A stretch of DNA of 32,826 nucleotides from an uncultured Gammaproteobacteria bacterium (GTDB taxonomy: Bacteria; Pseudomonadota; Gammaproteobacteria; CAWCPV01): the NCBI GenBank assembly GCA_963797555.1, contig CAWCPV010000012.1:1-32826 (forward strand), in the 5' to 3' direction. The notes under the pieces were generated by a model that ran no database searches, was not told the DNA's origin, and saw nothing but the letters and a program-made list of their open reading frames with translations. This document shows positions 9,927 through 20,062 of the stretch, piece after piece; the stretch's first letter is position 1, and the number at the start of each line of letters is the position of its first letter. A program made the translations under genes and the position numbers.

Positions 9927-10210
9927 GTGACTGAGGCGCCTCGGGGCGAGGCCCCCTTGGCCCCGGCCACCGAAAACGTCGGCCAGACGCCGTGCCACGC
10001 CTCAAGTATAGAGGAAATGCGTTCTTGGGCACCCGGCCGTTCACAGCAATATGCGCAGGGCCAACGCAAAGTGCGCAATAACACGCGGCGCGTTTTCACT
10101 GCCACAGTGGGCGACCGCTGCGACGCCGTTCCTCACGGCGTCTCGCAGGCCCCCGCCGGCGCCTCGGTCTGGCCGACTTTCCGTCAAACCTCTGATGAAG
10201 GAGCCCCCCA

Positions 10211-11722
10211 ATGAACACCCAGCGTCTCGCGACCACTCTGCTCACGTTCAGCGCTTGCGTGCTGGCACTGCCGAGCCCGGCCACCGCCCAAAGCAAAGGC
10301 ATTGGCGACGTGGCCTCCAGGCTTTCGGCGGACATCACCCCACCACCCCCGTGCCACCCGAACCCCAATGCGGTGCGCGACATCGTCGGTGTCCTCACGC
10401 GGGGTGACATTCGTAACCTGCCGGACGCGCTGACCGACCGCCTCGCCATTCTCGCCGGACGGCCTCACAGCCAGCTACCGACACAAGCGTACGCCGAAGC
10501 TCGGTCTGACAAAGCACCCTTCAAGCCGAAACCCAGCCAGCTTTTCCAGTATTACTTGCTCGATACGAACGGCTTCGAACCCAATCCGTTCACGAGCCTG
10601 ATACCGGGAGTCAACGACACCGCCATGCTCACCGCCACCGGCCCCGACTGTGGCCTGCCCGCCATCGGCACAGTACGCGTGGTTCTGGAGCCGAAGCCTG
10701 GCCTGCCGACCGACCCCAACGACGTGCGGGCGTTCATCGACGTTTTCACCGACATCTCCGGGCTCTTCGTCATCAACAACGAGAGTGGCTGGTACGAAGG
10801 GTGGATGATCCATGACCTGAGGGTTGCCCCAGTGAACGACACACCGCGCCCCGACGGCCATGCGCAATTCGGCGCCATCCTGCAGGCTGACGCCGAAGCG
10901 ATGAAGGCGATGGGCAGGGGCAACAACGTGCTAGGCCGCATCTTCACGACGGATGGCAAACCGGTGCACTTCCCCAGCCCGACAGACCGCTTTCCGGACC
11001 TCCAGACCAACGTCGTCCCGATCCAGCTCAGCATGGGCGCCTGGAACACGTTGCAGCAGAGCGACGGCCACGCCTACTGGGAGTTCAACTATACCACCGA
11101 CTGGGTGCACCCCCTGTATGAGCTGCCCTTCACCGGCGGCATCCCCGGCACCTTCGGGGCAGGTCAGGTCGGCGCGTTCCAGTCCATCGTTCCCGGCTCG
11201 GGGCCGAATGGTGTAATCAACGACCCGGTACGCTACGGTGACAATCCCAACAACCAAGGCGAGATCCAGGCTTCCGGCCCGCGCGACCCGGACAAGTTCG
11301 ATGCGGAGGATGACTCGCAGCGAGAATTTCGTATGCGGTTCATTCCCAGCGGCCTGGCCAATGAGATCTTCCTGGACGTTTACGAAAGGCCCGTTTCCTT
11401 CGAGCCAGGTGTCACCGATTTCAGTCAACGTCTGTTCGACGCTTACGCCGCCGAGGTCGCCCGGGTCGACACCAACGGCGATGGCGTGGTCTCCGCCGCG
11501 GAGGGTGACGTTGATACCGCCTCCGATGGCTTCGCCGACAACTCCCGTCTGTTTCTGCCGGCAACATCCTTCAACCGCTTTGCGGTGACGCGCGAGATCA
11601 ACGATGGGCTGTTGGCACCGCGCTTTGCGCCGAGCCAGAAGGCTTGGGTACTTTCGGGAACGCAAGTCCCGGTCAGCCCGTCTGTGCCTGCTTCAGACGG
11701 CGAGGACGGCGACGACCGTTGA
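10211..11722 (+). CDS. Secreted hypothetical protein (503 aa) with an EF-hand-like loop
   Basis: GAAGGAG RBS, Sec signal peptide ending ATA-Q, Pro/Gly/Asp-rich body, and a canonical-looking EF-hand loop DTNGDGVVSAAE. No family recognised. Confidence 0.85.
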   Translation: MNTQRLATTLLTFSACVLALPSPATAQSKGIGDVASRLSADITPPPPCHPNPNAVRDIVGVLTRGDIRNLPDALTDRLAILAGRPHSQLPTQAYAEARSDKAPFKPKPSQLFQYYLLDTNGFEPNPFTSLIPGVNDTAMLTATGPDCGLPAIGTVRVVLEPKPGLPTDPNDVRAFIDVFTDISGLFVINNESGWYEGWMIHDLRVAPVNDTPRPDGHAQFGAILQADAEAMKAMGRGNNVLGRIFTTDGKPVHFPSPTDRFPDLQTNVVPIQLSMGAWNTLQQSDGHAYWEFNYTTDWVHPLYELPFTGGIPGTFGAGQVGAFQSIVPGSGPNGVINDPVRYGDNPNNQGEIQASGPRDPDKFDAEDDSQREFRMRFIPSGLANEIFLDVYERPVSFEPGVTDFSQRLFDAYAAEVARVDTNGDGVVSAAEGDVDTASDGFADNSRLFLPATSFNRFAVTREINDGLLAPRFAPSQKAWVLSGTQVPVSPSVPASDGEDGDDR

Positions 11723-12019
11723 GCCGTGGCGGCGCGGGGATGGCCCTCCGGGCTGTCCCGGGCGCCGCACAAGGGCGCCTGCCAATGAAGAGGAGGCATG
11801 TCTATGTATAGAGTACGCGGCACCGGATACGCGGGGTTTCCTGCTATCCCGGTGGCTATCGATTATGCCCTGCTTGCGACCACTCGTGACGAAGCTCTGG
11901 ACAAGATTCGGCACCTCGGGGTCGACGTGCTTCAGTGTACTGTCACGGCGGTGTCTGACGAAGGCCCGCCGACAGACGCCTGAGTCTGAATTGCCATCGC
12001 TTCCCGGAGAGCCTCGGGG

Positions 12020-12874
12020 ATGCGAACCAGCATGTCCACCGGGCCTGCAGCGTACGCCCTGCTGCTATGCCTTTTCTGCCACGTGGGCGTCTCGCTGGGA
12101 GACCAAGCTTGGCAGTTGGTGAGCGACTCGGAGGGTGTACGGATTTACCACCGGACGACTTCGGAGGCGTTCCCGGAAATTCGTGCCGACCTCGTTTTCG
12201 ACGCGCCCCCTGAGCGCGTCCACGAAGTCATCACCGACTACGATCACTTCGAGGAGTTCGTGCCGGACGTCGTAAAAAGTCGAGTGATCCGTTGCGCGGG
12301 GAACGTCCGTTGGGTTCACCAGCGGTTGGAGTTTCCCGGACCCGTGGCTCCGAGAGAGTACGTGCTGCAGATTACAGACCGGCTCCGCCCGACGCCGGGC
12401 GTCTATTCCCGTATCGATTGGACCTCGGCCGCGCCTACAGAATACGGTGTTCATGGCAGAGACGCGGTCGCGCCGCGGCGGTTCACGGGGTTCTGGGTGC
12501 TGCACCCGGTGCGCGGTGGAGGCGCCACCGCTGCCGATTACGACGTCCACTTCGATGCGGGTGGCGGGCTGCCAGGGTGGCTGATTACCCCGATGACCGA
12601 TCGGTATGCACTGTCAGTCATCGCTGCGGTGCGCAAACGGATCAGGATGGTCGCCATCGGTTCTGCAAGTGCGGCGACCGCTGGAGCCAGCGCCCCCGGT
12701 GCTGACCCGTCGACGGGCGGTGTGAAGCCACTCGCATCATTGGCTGCATCCACCTCCGCGGACACCTTGGCGGGGCCGGGGTGCGGAACCTCGCGACCTG
12801 TCCCAGAAGCCTTTTCTGGAGGCTCGCGACAGGCTACGCAGGGCGCCGAGGCCTCCGCCCTCGGCGACGAATAG
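12020..12874 (+). CDS. START/SRPBCC (Bet v1-like) lipid-binding domain protein, possibly secreted
   Basis: WQLVSDSEGVRIY, FDAPPERVHEVITDYDHFEEFVPDV, FPGPVAPREYV, GFWVLHP and DAGGGLPGWL are START-like. The low-complexity tail after about residue 210 is doubtful. Confidence 0.75.
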   Translation: MRTSMSTGPAAYALLLCLFCHVGVSLGDQAWQLVSDSEGVRIYHRTTSEAFPEIRADLVFDAPPERVHEVITDYDHFEEFVPDVVKSRVIRCAGNVRWVHQRLEFPGPVAPREYVLQITDRLRPTPGVYSRIDWTSAAPTEYGVHGRDAVAPRRFTGFWVLHPVRGGGATAADYDVHFDAGGGLPGWLITPMTDRYALSVIAAVRKRIRMVAIGSASAATAGASAPGADPSTGGVKPLASLAASTSADTLAGPGCGTSRPVPEAFSGGSRQATQGAEASALGDE

Positions 12875-13030
12875 GCCCGCGCCAAGGTGGAGCGAGCTTG
12901 TTGCTGCGGTCCGTCAGCGAAAAGGGCAGCGATATGTCCTACGCGATGGGCGCTTGGCGGCCGGCGCTTCGGACGGTCTGGTAACCCCCTGCAGCCTGCC
13001 TGCCGACCGTATAGCATCACGGCCGTCTTA

Positions 13031-15039
13031 GCCCGACTTCGCGGATTCGCACGGCGATTGCCGCGTTGGCCAGAGGTAAGTGATTGTTTGTTGATGCCGT
13101 GGTGGGCCAAAAAGGGTCGAAATGCGCTGTAGTGAAGACCTTGGTTGTTTTCACCGGGGAAAATCTGCGGATAATAATGTTCCATCATGTTTCTAAGGGC
13201 CACGACGCGGAAGAAAGACGGCAAGGAGCACCGTTACTGGAGTATTGTCGAGAATAGGCGCCTGAGCGGTGGGCGCGTGCTGCAACGGCATGTGCTGTAT
13301 CTAGGTGAGATCAACTCCTCGCAGGAGTTGGCATGGCGCAAATCCATTGAGGTGTTCGAAGACGGGGCGGCGAGGCCGCGCACGATGTCGTTGTTTCCCG
13401 ATGAACGCTCCGAAGAGCTGTTGAGGGATGCTTCGGTGGTACGTTTGCGGCTGAAAGAATTGCGGCTGTGCCGGCCGCGGCAGTGGGGTGCGTGTTGGCT
13501 GGCGCTGAAACTGTGGGAGGAATTGCAGTTAGATCGCTTCTGGTGGGAACGGTTAACGCCGAGTCGCAAGGGCACTCGGTGGGATCAGGTGTTATTCGTG
13601 CTCGTGGCCTATCGGTTGCTGGCACCGGGCAGCGAGTGGCGGTTGCACCGGGAGTGGTTTGGCCGTACGGCCTTGACGGATTTGCTCGGAGCGGATGCGG
13701 CGCTCTCGGACAGCCACCGGCTGTATGCCTGTCACGACCGCTTGCTGGAGCACAAGGCGGCGGTCTTTGACCATCTGGTGGGGCGGTGGCGGGATCTGTT
13801 CAATGCCACCTTTGAGGTGCTGCTGTATGACCTGACGAGCACCTACTTTGAGTGTGAGCCCCCGCAGTCGGAGCAGGACAAACGACGATTCGGCCACTCG
13901 CGCGATAAGCGCAGGGATTGTGTGCAGGTGGTGATTGCCTTGGTGGTGACCCCGGAAGGCTTGCCACTGGCCTATGAAGTGTTGGCGGGCAATACGGCTG
14001 ACAAGACGACGTTGAAGGAGTTCCTGGCGCGCATTGAGCGTCAGTACGGAAGAGCGCAGCGGATTTGGGTGATGGACCGCGGCATTCCGACCGAAGCGGT
14101 GCTGGAAGAGATGCGCGCAAGTCGCCCGCCAGTGCACTACCTGGTGGGCACGCCCAAGGGGCGGCTCAGCAAATTGGAGAGCGCGCTGCTGCTCAAGCCG
14201 TGGCGGGAAGCGCGCCCCGGCGTAGCCGTGAAACTGTTGGCGCAGGATGGGGAGCTGTATGTGTACGCGCAAAGTGAACAGCGCGTGGCGAAGGAGCGTG
14301 CGATACGACGGCGCAAGCTGAAGTGGTTATGGGCGCGGTTGAAGAAACTCGCGACCATGCCACTCACCCGCGAGCAACTGCTGATGAAGCTCGGTGCGGC
14401 GCGCCAACACGGCCCGGCGGTATGGCGCTTGGTTCAACTGGAGGTCGACCCCAAGGACGCCACGTTTAGCTACCGCCTGCGCCGCGATAAGCTGCGCGAG
14501 GTGCGCCGGCGCGAAGGACGGTATCTGCTGCGCACCAATCTCACCGACACCGATCCCGCCAAGCTATGGGGGTTTTACCTGCAACTGGTGGCGGTGGAAG
14601 AAGCGTTCAAGAATCTCAAGGGGGATTTGGCCATTCGGCCAATCTTTCATCAACACATCGAGCGTATCGAAGCCCATATCTTCATTGCCTTTCTTGCCTA
14701 TTGTCTGCATGTCACGCTCGGGCGACGTTTGCATGCGCTCGCGCCTGGATTAACCACGCGCAGCGTGCTGGAGAAATTCGCCGCGGTGCAGATGGTTGAC
14801 GTACAAATGCCGACCACCGATGGGCGCGAATTGACGTTCACCCGCTACACCCAACCTGAGTTCGAACTGCAACTGCTCCTCGCGCAGTTGAAGCTCGAAC
14901 TGCCCGCACAACCAGCTCCGAAAATCAGCACCGTCCACACTGCCTCAGCCGCCGCGATGTAGTGCAGACCTTGCCAGGCGCCCTCTCGCAATTTCAACCA
15001 CTTACGCTATCCCTACCCCGCGAATCCGCGAAGTCGGGC
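13031..15039 (+). mobile_element. IS1634-family insertion sequence, apparently complete
   Basis: Perfect 20-bp terminal IRs GCCCGACTTCGCGGATTCGC (13031-13050) and GCGAATCCGCGAAGTCGGGC (15020-15039), with TA on both sides. The exact end and duplication are ambiguous by 1-2 nt. Confidence 0.9.
13187..14962 (+). CDS. IS1634-family DDE transposase
   Basis: 591 aa with MFLR...KDGKEHRYWSIVE, LLYDLTSTYFE, FGHSRDKRRDCVQVV, VMDRG, LLRTN and VEEAFKNLKGDLAIRPIFH...RIEAHIF. Confidence 0.93.
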   Translation: MFLRATTRKKDGKEHRYWSIVENRRLSGGRVLQRHVLYLGEINSSQELAWRKSIEVFEDGAARPRTMSLFPDERSEELLRDASVVRLRLKELRLCRPRQWGACWLALKLWEELQLDRFWWERLTPSRKGTRWDQVLFVLVAYRLLAPGSEWRLHREWFGRTALTDLLGADAALSDSHRLYACHDRLLEHKAAVFDHLVGRWRDLFNATFEVLLYDLTSTYFECEPPQSEQDKRRFGHSRDKRRDCVQVVIALVVTPEGLPLAYEVLAGNTADKTTLKEFLARIERQYGRAQRIWVMDRGIPTEAVLEEMRASRPPVHYLVGTPKGRLSKLESALLLKPWREARPGVAVKLLAQDGELYVYAQSEQRVAKERAIRRRKLKWLWARLKKLATMPLTREQLLMKLGAARQHGPAVWRLVQLEVDPKDATFSYRLRRDKLREVRRREGRYLLRTNLTDTDPAKLWGFYLQLVAVEEAFKNLKGDLAIRPIFHQHIERIEAHIFIAFLAYCLHVTLGRRLHALAPGLTTRSVLEKFAAVQMVDVQMPTTDGRELTFTRYTQPEFELQLLLAQLKLELPAQPAPKISTVHTASAAAM

Positions 15040-15140
15040 TAGGGGAGTAGCCGTCCCTTGGCGTGTCCAGGGGAGCGTGCGTCAACACACTTGGCTTTGC
15101 CATGGCGCACGCCGTCGCAAGATGTGGCGAGACCTTTGGC
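15040..15140 (+). ncRNA. yybP-ykoY (Mn2+-sensing) riboswitch; its 5' P1 strand is displaced by the IS
   Basis: Hallmark segments AGGGGAGTAGCC...GCGTCAACACACTTGG...CCATGGCGC...GGCGAGACCT, directly upstream of a UPF0016 gene, a typical context for this riboswitch. Confidence 0.88.
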
Positions 15141-15215
15141 TTCGGCGTTCTCCGGCACGGGGCTGGGCGGGGACGCCCGGCCATCGGTCTGCGCCCAGCC
15201 CCCCAAGGACCTCCG

Positions 15216-15798
15216 ATGCATCCCTTCCTCGTTTCGACCGGCGTGGTCGCGCTCGCCGAGATTGGCGACAAGACCCAGTTGCTGTCCTTGGTGCTTGCGA
15301 CCCGTTTCCGCCGTCCCGCCCCTATCATCTCCGGTATCCTGCTTGCGACCGTCGCCAACCATGCCCTCGCGGCGGCGGCTGGGGTCTGGTTCACGCACGG
15401 CGTGAGCGCTGGGGTGCTGCGATGGAGTCTCGGACTCTCCTTCCTCGGGATGGCGGTCTGGGCGCTGATCCCCGATCGGTTGGAAGAACGTGAGAGGTAT
15501 TACGAGCGCATCGGGGCCTTCGGTGCGAGCCTGATTGCCTTCTTCCTGGTTGAGATGGGCGACAAGACCCAGGTCGCCACCGTGGCGCTCGCGGCGCGGT
15601 ATGACGCGGTGCTGTCAGTCGTGATGGGGACGACTCTAGGCATGATGATCGCCAACGTCCCGGTCGTGCTGCTCGGCGAGGCGGCGGCGACTCGGCTGCC
15701 GACGCGCCTAAGACCTCGCGGCCGCTGGCCTTTTCGCGGTCATTGGGCTGACGGTCCTCTCGGGCGTTCCCTTGGGGTGGAGCCGGGAGGGGCTGTAG
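15216..15798 (+). pseudogene. UPF0016/TMEM165/GDT1 family Mn2+/Ca2+ transporter, frameshift near 15710
   Basis: Two family motifs, AEIGDKTQ and VEMGDKTQ. The last TM helix (LAAAGLFAVIGLTVLSGVPLGW..., TAG 15796-15798) lies in another frame. Confidence 0.88.
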
Positions 15799-16097
15799 CG
15801 GCGGTCCCACGGCCTTGGTCTTCGCGCATAGCGTCAAGCCATGGGTGGGAGCACACCGGGTCGTGCGGGGCCGAGTCCATCGTACGGTCCGTGGGCTGCG
15901 AGAGAACCCCGGATGCTCGCGCCGCGTCCGGGAAGCAGCTAGGGTTGGCATTGGTAACACGGCGCGCGGAGCACAAGATCCTTCAACTCGGCCGGCGGCT
16001 TCCCTACGTCTGCGACGCCATGTCCAATCGGCTTTTGAGTATCCGCCATACGGGCCGGATGCGGGGTCGCGACTAGCCTGAGGGCGGTTAGTCCTTG

Positions 16098-16134
16098 AAA
16101 CAAAAGGGGCGACGACAAGTGTCGCCGTCGCCCC
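16098..16134 (-). terminator. Rho-independent terminator downstream of the 16174-16785 gene
   Basis: Stem GGGGCGACG/CGTCGCCCC followed on the minus strand by TTTTGTTT. Confidence 0.75.
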
Positions 16135-16173
16135 ACGTTCCATCTAGGTTCGCTTGGGAAGCTTCGGCTGCAC

Positions 16174-16785
16174 TCAGTACCAGAGATGGACCACGTAATA
16201 GCCCGGCTTACTGGTGTGGCCGGCGTCCTGCTCCAGAATCAGGAAGCCGTTAGGGGCATTATCGGGGTCCACCACCGGGTCAGCCACTAGACTCGCGTTG
16301 ATGGTGGGGCAGGCACCGCCGCAGATGTTCGCGATGACGTTATCCGGACCGCAGCCGTCGGGCGCGGGCAGCGAATTACAGCCCTTCGTGGTGCCGTCGC
16401 TGTCAGTGCCGACCCAGGTCATTTGGTTCGGAGTGGCGGTGGCGTCGAAGTTGACCACCGCATACATCACTTCGCTCGGCGTCTGCACGCCATTGTTGTG
16501 GAGCGAGAACGTCACCTCCACGCGCACGGGGCTCTGGGCCTTGGGCATCGGGAAGCTTGCTGAACCCCCCGGGTCGATGGTGAAAGAAAGCTCCTGGTGA
16601 TGGTTCGAGATGAGATTATCGTTCACCAGGCTTGTCAGGGCGTCGATCTGCGCCTGTAATGCCTGGAAGGGCTGGCCAGGTGGCACGCCGCCCGCGCCGA
16701 CGCCCTTGCCGTTCGGACTCTTGGCGAAGGCCACTGGCCCCACAGCCAGAAGTACCGCCACTAGGACCAACGATCGGTTTCTCAT
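16174..16785 (-). CDS. Secreted hypothetical protein (203 aa) with four Cys
   Basis: GAAGGAAGG RBS-like sequence, signal peptide ending AFA-K, short coiled segment PFQALQAQIDAL, Cys cluster C-x8-C...C-x3-C, and its own terminator. Confidence 0.75.
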   Translation of the reverse strand: MRNRSLVLVAVLLAVGPVAFAKSPNGKGVGAGGVPPGQPFQALQAQIDALTSLVNDNLISNHHQELSFTIDPGGSASFPMPKAQSPVRVEVTFSLHNNGVQTPSEVMYAVVNFDATATPNQMTWVGTDSDGTTKGCNSLPAPDGCGPDNVIANICGGACPTINASLVADPVVDPDNAPNGFLILEQDAGHTSKPGYYVVHLWY

Positions 16786-17189
16786 GGATTCTACCTTCCT
16801 TCTGCTGACTTAAATTGGCCCGCGACTGGAGTCGCGAGTTTTGCGTGCCAGGACTGCGGCCGCAAGGCCGCCGTTGGGCCCAAGCAACCGCCGTGCCAAG
16901 CCGGTTTTCATTCGTGTGAACAACGGCTTGCTGAGTTATCTCGAATAGTGAAGGGGCCTGACGGACAGCCACGCTGTCGTTGAAGTCCGACACTTTGCGA
17001 GCCTGAAGCGCAACAGCTTGGCCAGACAGGGAAAATACCGTCGCTCCCTGGCGACAAACCGCGTGTTCGGCGGGGAATCTGCGGCCTCTGCTTGAGCCTG
17101 AACGACGCCTCGCCAGAGATCGGCGGGGCAAGCCCCATGCTCAGACTGTCCGACGCTTCCCTGTCGGCAGTAACTTGGAGGAACACGCC

Positions 17190-17934
17190 ATGAAGCTAGC
17201 CACCTTACTCAATCTTCGGGATGACTGTCGGCGGCGTGCGGATGACGCCCCCCATGGGGTTGACCTGCTGGGCTGCATTCAAGCGAGTGGGGGGCCGCAC
17301 CGTCGTCATGGGCGATCAGGTCCTCCTCGATAATCAAGTGAACCCGGTGATGGACGTGGCGCTCGACAACGGCCTCAAGGTGACGGCACTCCACAACCAC
17401 TTCCTCGGGGACTCGCCCCGGGTGATGTTCATGCACGTCGGCGGGATCGGGGACGAGGAGAAACTGGCGACCGCCATCGGAAAGGTCTTCGCCAAGGTCA
17501 AGGAAACGAGCGGCGGCAAGGCGGAGCCGGCAGCGACGCCGATCGATCCCGCGAAGAGTATGCTGGATCCCTCGAAGGTGGACGCCGTTCTCGGAGTGAA
17601 AGGTGATCTCTCCGGTGGTGTCTATAAGGTCACCATCGGGCGAACGACGAAGATGGGTGATCACGGGGTGGGAAACGCCATGGGCGTCAACACTTGGGCC
17701 GCCTTTGCCGGAAGCGATGACGCGGCCGTCGTGGACGGCGACTTCGCAATGTACGGAGGGGAGGTTCAGGGGGTTCTCAAGGCCCTTCGGCACCACGGGA
17801 TTCGGATCGTGGCCCTCCACAACCACATGATCGGAGAGTCGCCCCGCGTGATCTTCCTTGACTTCTGGGGAACGGGTTCGACGAAGACGCTCGCCGAAGG
17901 TCTGAAGGCCGCGTTGGGCACGCAAGGGAAGTGA
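17190..17934 (+). pseudogene. DUF1259 (LppY/LpqO-like) tandem-domain protein with N-terminal deletion and frameshift
   Basis: Two repeats with ALHNH(F/M)..(D/E)SPRV.F. The GGAGG RBS and ATG at 17190 (MKLATLL) are out of frame with ORF 17221-17934, and the signal peptide and start of repeat 1 appear missing. Confidence 0.8.
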
Positions 17935-18022
17935 ACCGCACACTCCTGGAGGGTACCGACGTGCACACGATCCCGAGTCCGGACCAAGCCCGATAGCGTC
18001 ACGCACTTCGACGACTCCACGC

Positions 18023-19257
18023 ATGGTCCGCCGGGGAACTAGCGCGGCGACGCGTAAGCGATCCGTCTCCGAGGTCCTGGGCCTGGAGCGCAATGTCGCG
18101 GTGCTCGCGGCGAGTGTGTTTGGGATCGGGCTCGCCGAGGAGTCTGGCAGGTGTTTCTCCCGAAGTACCTAATGGCCCTCGGTGCGGGCGGGGAAGCGAT
18201 CGGGCTGTTCGCCTCGACCCGCGATCTCCTGGACGGTCTCTACCAGTATCCCGGGGGATGGCTCACCGACCTCTTCGGCCGGAAGCGAACCCTGGTGCTG
18301 CTCACCGCCGTCGCGATCGCGGGATACGCGACCTACGCAGCGGCGTGGCACTGGGGCGTTGTGTTCGCCGGCGTGTTCCTGGTCATGGCGTGGAAGTCGG
18401 GGGCATTCCCAGCGACCTTCGCAGTCATCGGGGACGCGCTGCCTCCCGGGCGGCGAGCGATCGCGTTCGCGGTGCAATCGATCCTCGTCCGCGTGCCCCG
18501 CATCGTCGGCGCCCCGATCGGCGGCGCGATTCTCGTCGCGCTCGGCGTGCGGGCGGGCATGCGCGTCGCCCTCGTGACCTCCATGGTCCTTGCCGGCTGC
18601 GTACTCTTCGTGCAGTGCCGCGGCTTCCTTGCCGATGGGCCCGAGCCGGGACGCGGCGATCCGGCGTCCTTCGCCGAGGTGTGGGGGCGGATGGCGCCTC
18701 GACTGAAGCGCCTCCTCATGGCGGACTGCCTGGTGCGAATCGGGGAGGGGATCGCGGCTTCGTTCATCGTCCTCTACGTCACCGGGCCACTGGGTCTGTC
18801 GGCCGCCCGCTTCGGCGTGCTCTACGCGATCCAGCAGGCGGTGTCCGTGGGGCTCTACCTTCCGATGGGGAAGCTCGGGGATCTGGCCGGCCGCCGGCCG
18901 TTGGTGGCGACCACCTTCGCGTTCTTCGCCGCGTTCCCCTTGGTGGTCCGAATGTCGGAGACCTTCCCGGCGCTCGTGCTCGCCTTCGTGATCGGCGGGA
19001 TGAAGGAGATGGGGGAGCCCGCGCGAAAGTCCCTCATCGTCGATCTCTGCGAGCCGGCGCACCGGGGCCGGTCGGTCGGCGTGTACTACATGGTGCGCAA
19101 TCTACTCGTCGTGCCCGCGGGGGTCGTGGGCGGCGTCCTTTGGCAGCGCTCGCCCGCGCTCCCGCTCGAAGCGGCGTTCGTGGTCGCCGCAGCCGGTGCC
19201 CTCGTGCATCTCGTCAGTTCACGAGGCGGTCGCGATCGTGAAGCGGCTCAAGGGTGA
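18023..19257 (+). pseudogene. MFS transporter, 1-nt deletion near 18143
   Basis: Upstream frame from ATG 18023 (...LGLERNVAVLAASVFGIGLAEE) joins WQVFLPKYL. Motif A appears twice (GGWLTDLFGRKR, GKLGDLAGRRP). Confidence 0.85.
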
Positions 19258-19624
19258 AGGCACCGTGAGCCCTCCTGGGGGCAACAGGCCAATTCAGTGA
19301 TCGTGCCGGTGGCGCGGGCCCGAGACATGCGGGTGCACGTGGATCAAGCGCCAGTGCTGCTCGCGACAATATGGTCGTGTCCAGCCCGAGCGAGCGGCCC
19401 ACCACAGTGACGTGGTGAGCGCCCGCGGAAGGTGAGAGTCGGCGGTAGACGGGCTCGCCACGCACACCAGCGTTGCGATGCATCTCGCCCGGAAAGCTGC
19501 TGGCGCGGGTCCTTAGTGTCGCGGGCTAGGCCGAGACGCGACGAGGTGTCCGAGCCGAAGAAAAAGGCGCCGGTACCCTTCCACAATTGCCTGATTCCCC
19601 GGCACGACGCTTACCGCGCGCGGA

Positions 19625-20047
19625 CTACCGCCCGGTCCGGACCGGCCCAGGCCCATCAGGAGACCCCGCGGTCGTTAAGGCAGCGGATTCCTTCTTGAGA
19701 TAGGCGATGATGTCCGCGCGTTCCTGGGCGCTGGAGACCGAGAAGTTCATAGCTTGGCCCGGGATCAGCTTCTCGGGATCGCTGAGCCACAGATCCAGGG
19801 TACGCTCGGACCACACCACGTTGGCGGATTTCACGGCGTCGGAGTAAGAGTAATCGGCGACCGAGCCCGCCTTGCGCCCGTAAACCCCCTTGTGGGCGGG
19901 GCCGACGAGGTTGTGCTCGATGGAATGACAGGCCCCGCACTGGGTTTCGTACAAGAGCTTGCCGCGAACGGCATCGCCTGCCGCGTTGGCGCCACCGCAT
20001 GCGCCGAGCAGGCAGAGATACACTCCCACTGTCATGTGCTTTGCCAT
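19625..20047 (-). CDS. Periplasmic class I monoheme cytochrome c (cytochrome c2-like)
   Basis: Signal peptide, GDAVRGKLLY..CGACH, VGPAHKGVYGRKAG, YSYS, LDLWLSDPEKLIPGQAM (axial Met) and ADIIAYL. AAGGAG RBS lies just after the cyc2-like stop. Confidence 0.93.
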   Translation of the reverse strand: MAKHMTVGVYLCLLGACGGANAAGDAVRGKLLYETQCGACHSIEHNLVGPAHKGVYGRKAGSVADYSYSDAVKSANVVWSERTLDLWLSDPEKLIPGQAMNFSVSSAQERADIIAYLKKESAALTTAGSPDGPGPVRTGR

Positions 20048-20062
20048 GATCGTTCTCCTTTC

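Noticed and set aside
11798-11983. 61-aa ORF with a GAGGAGG RBS
   Set aside because: Could be a real small protein, but there is no recognisable motif or other support, so it is not called.
15063-16076. 337-aa ORF as an extended UPF0016 fusion protein
   Set aside because: The N-terminal extension is riboswitch sequence and the C-terminal extension results from the frameshift near 15710.
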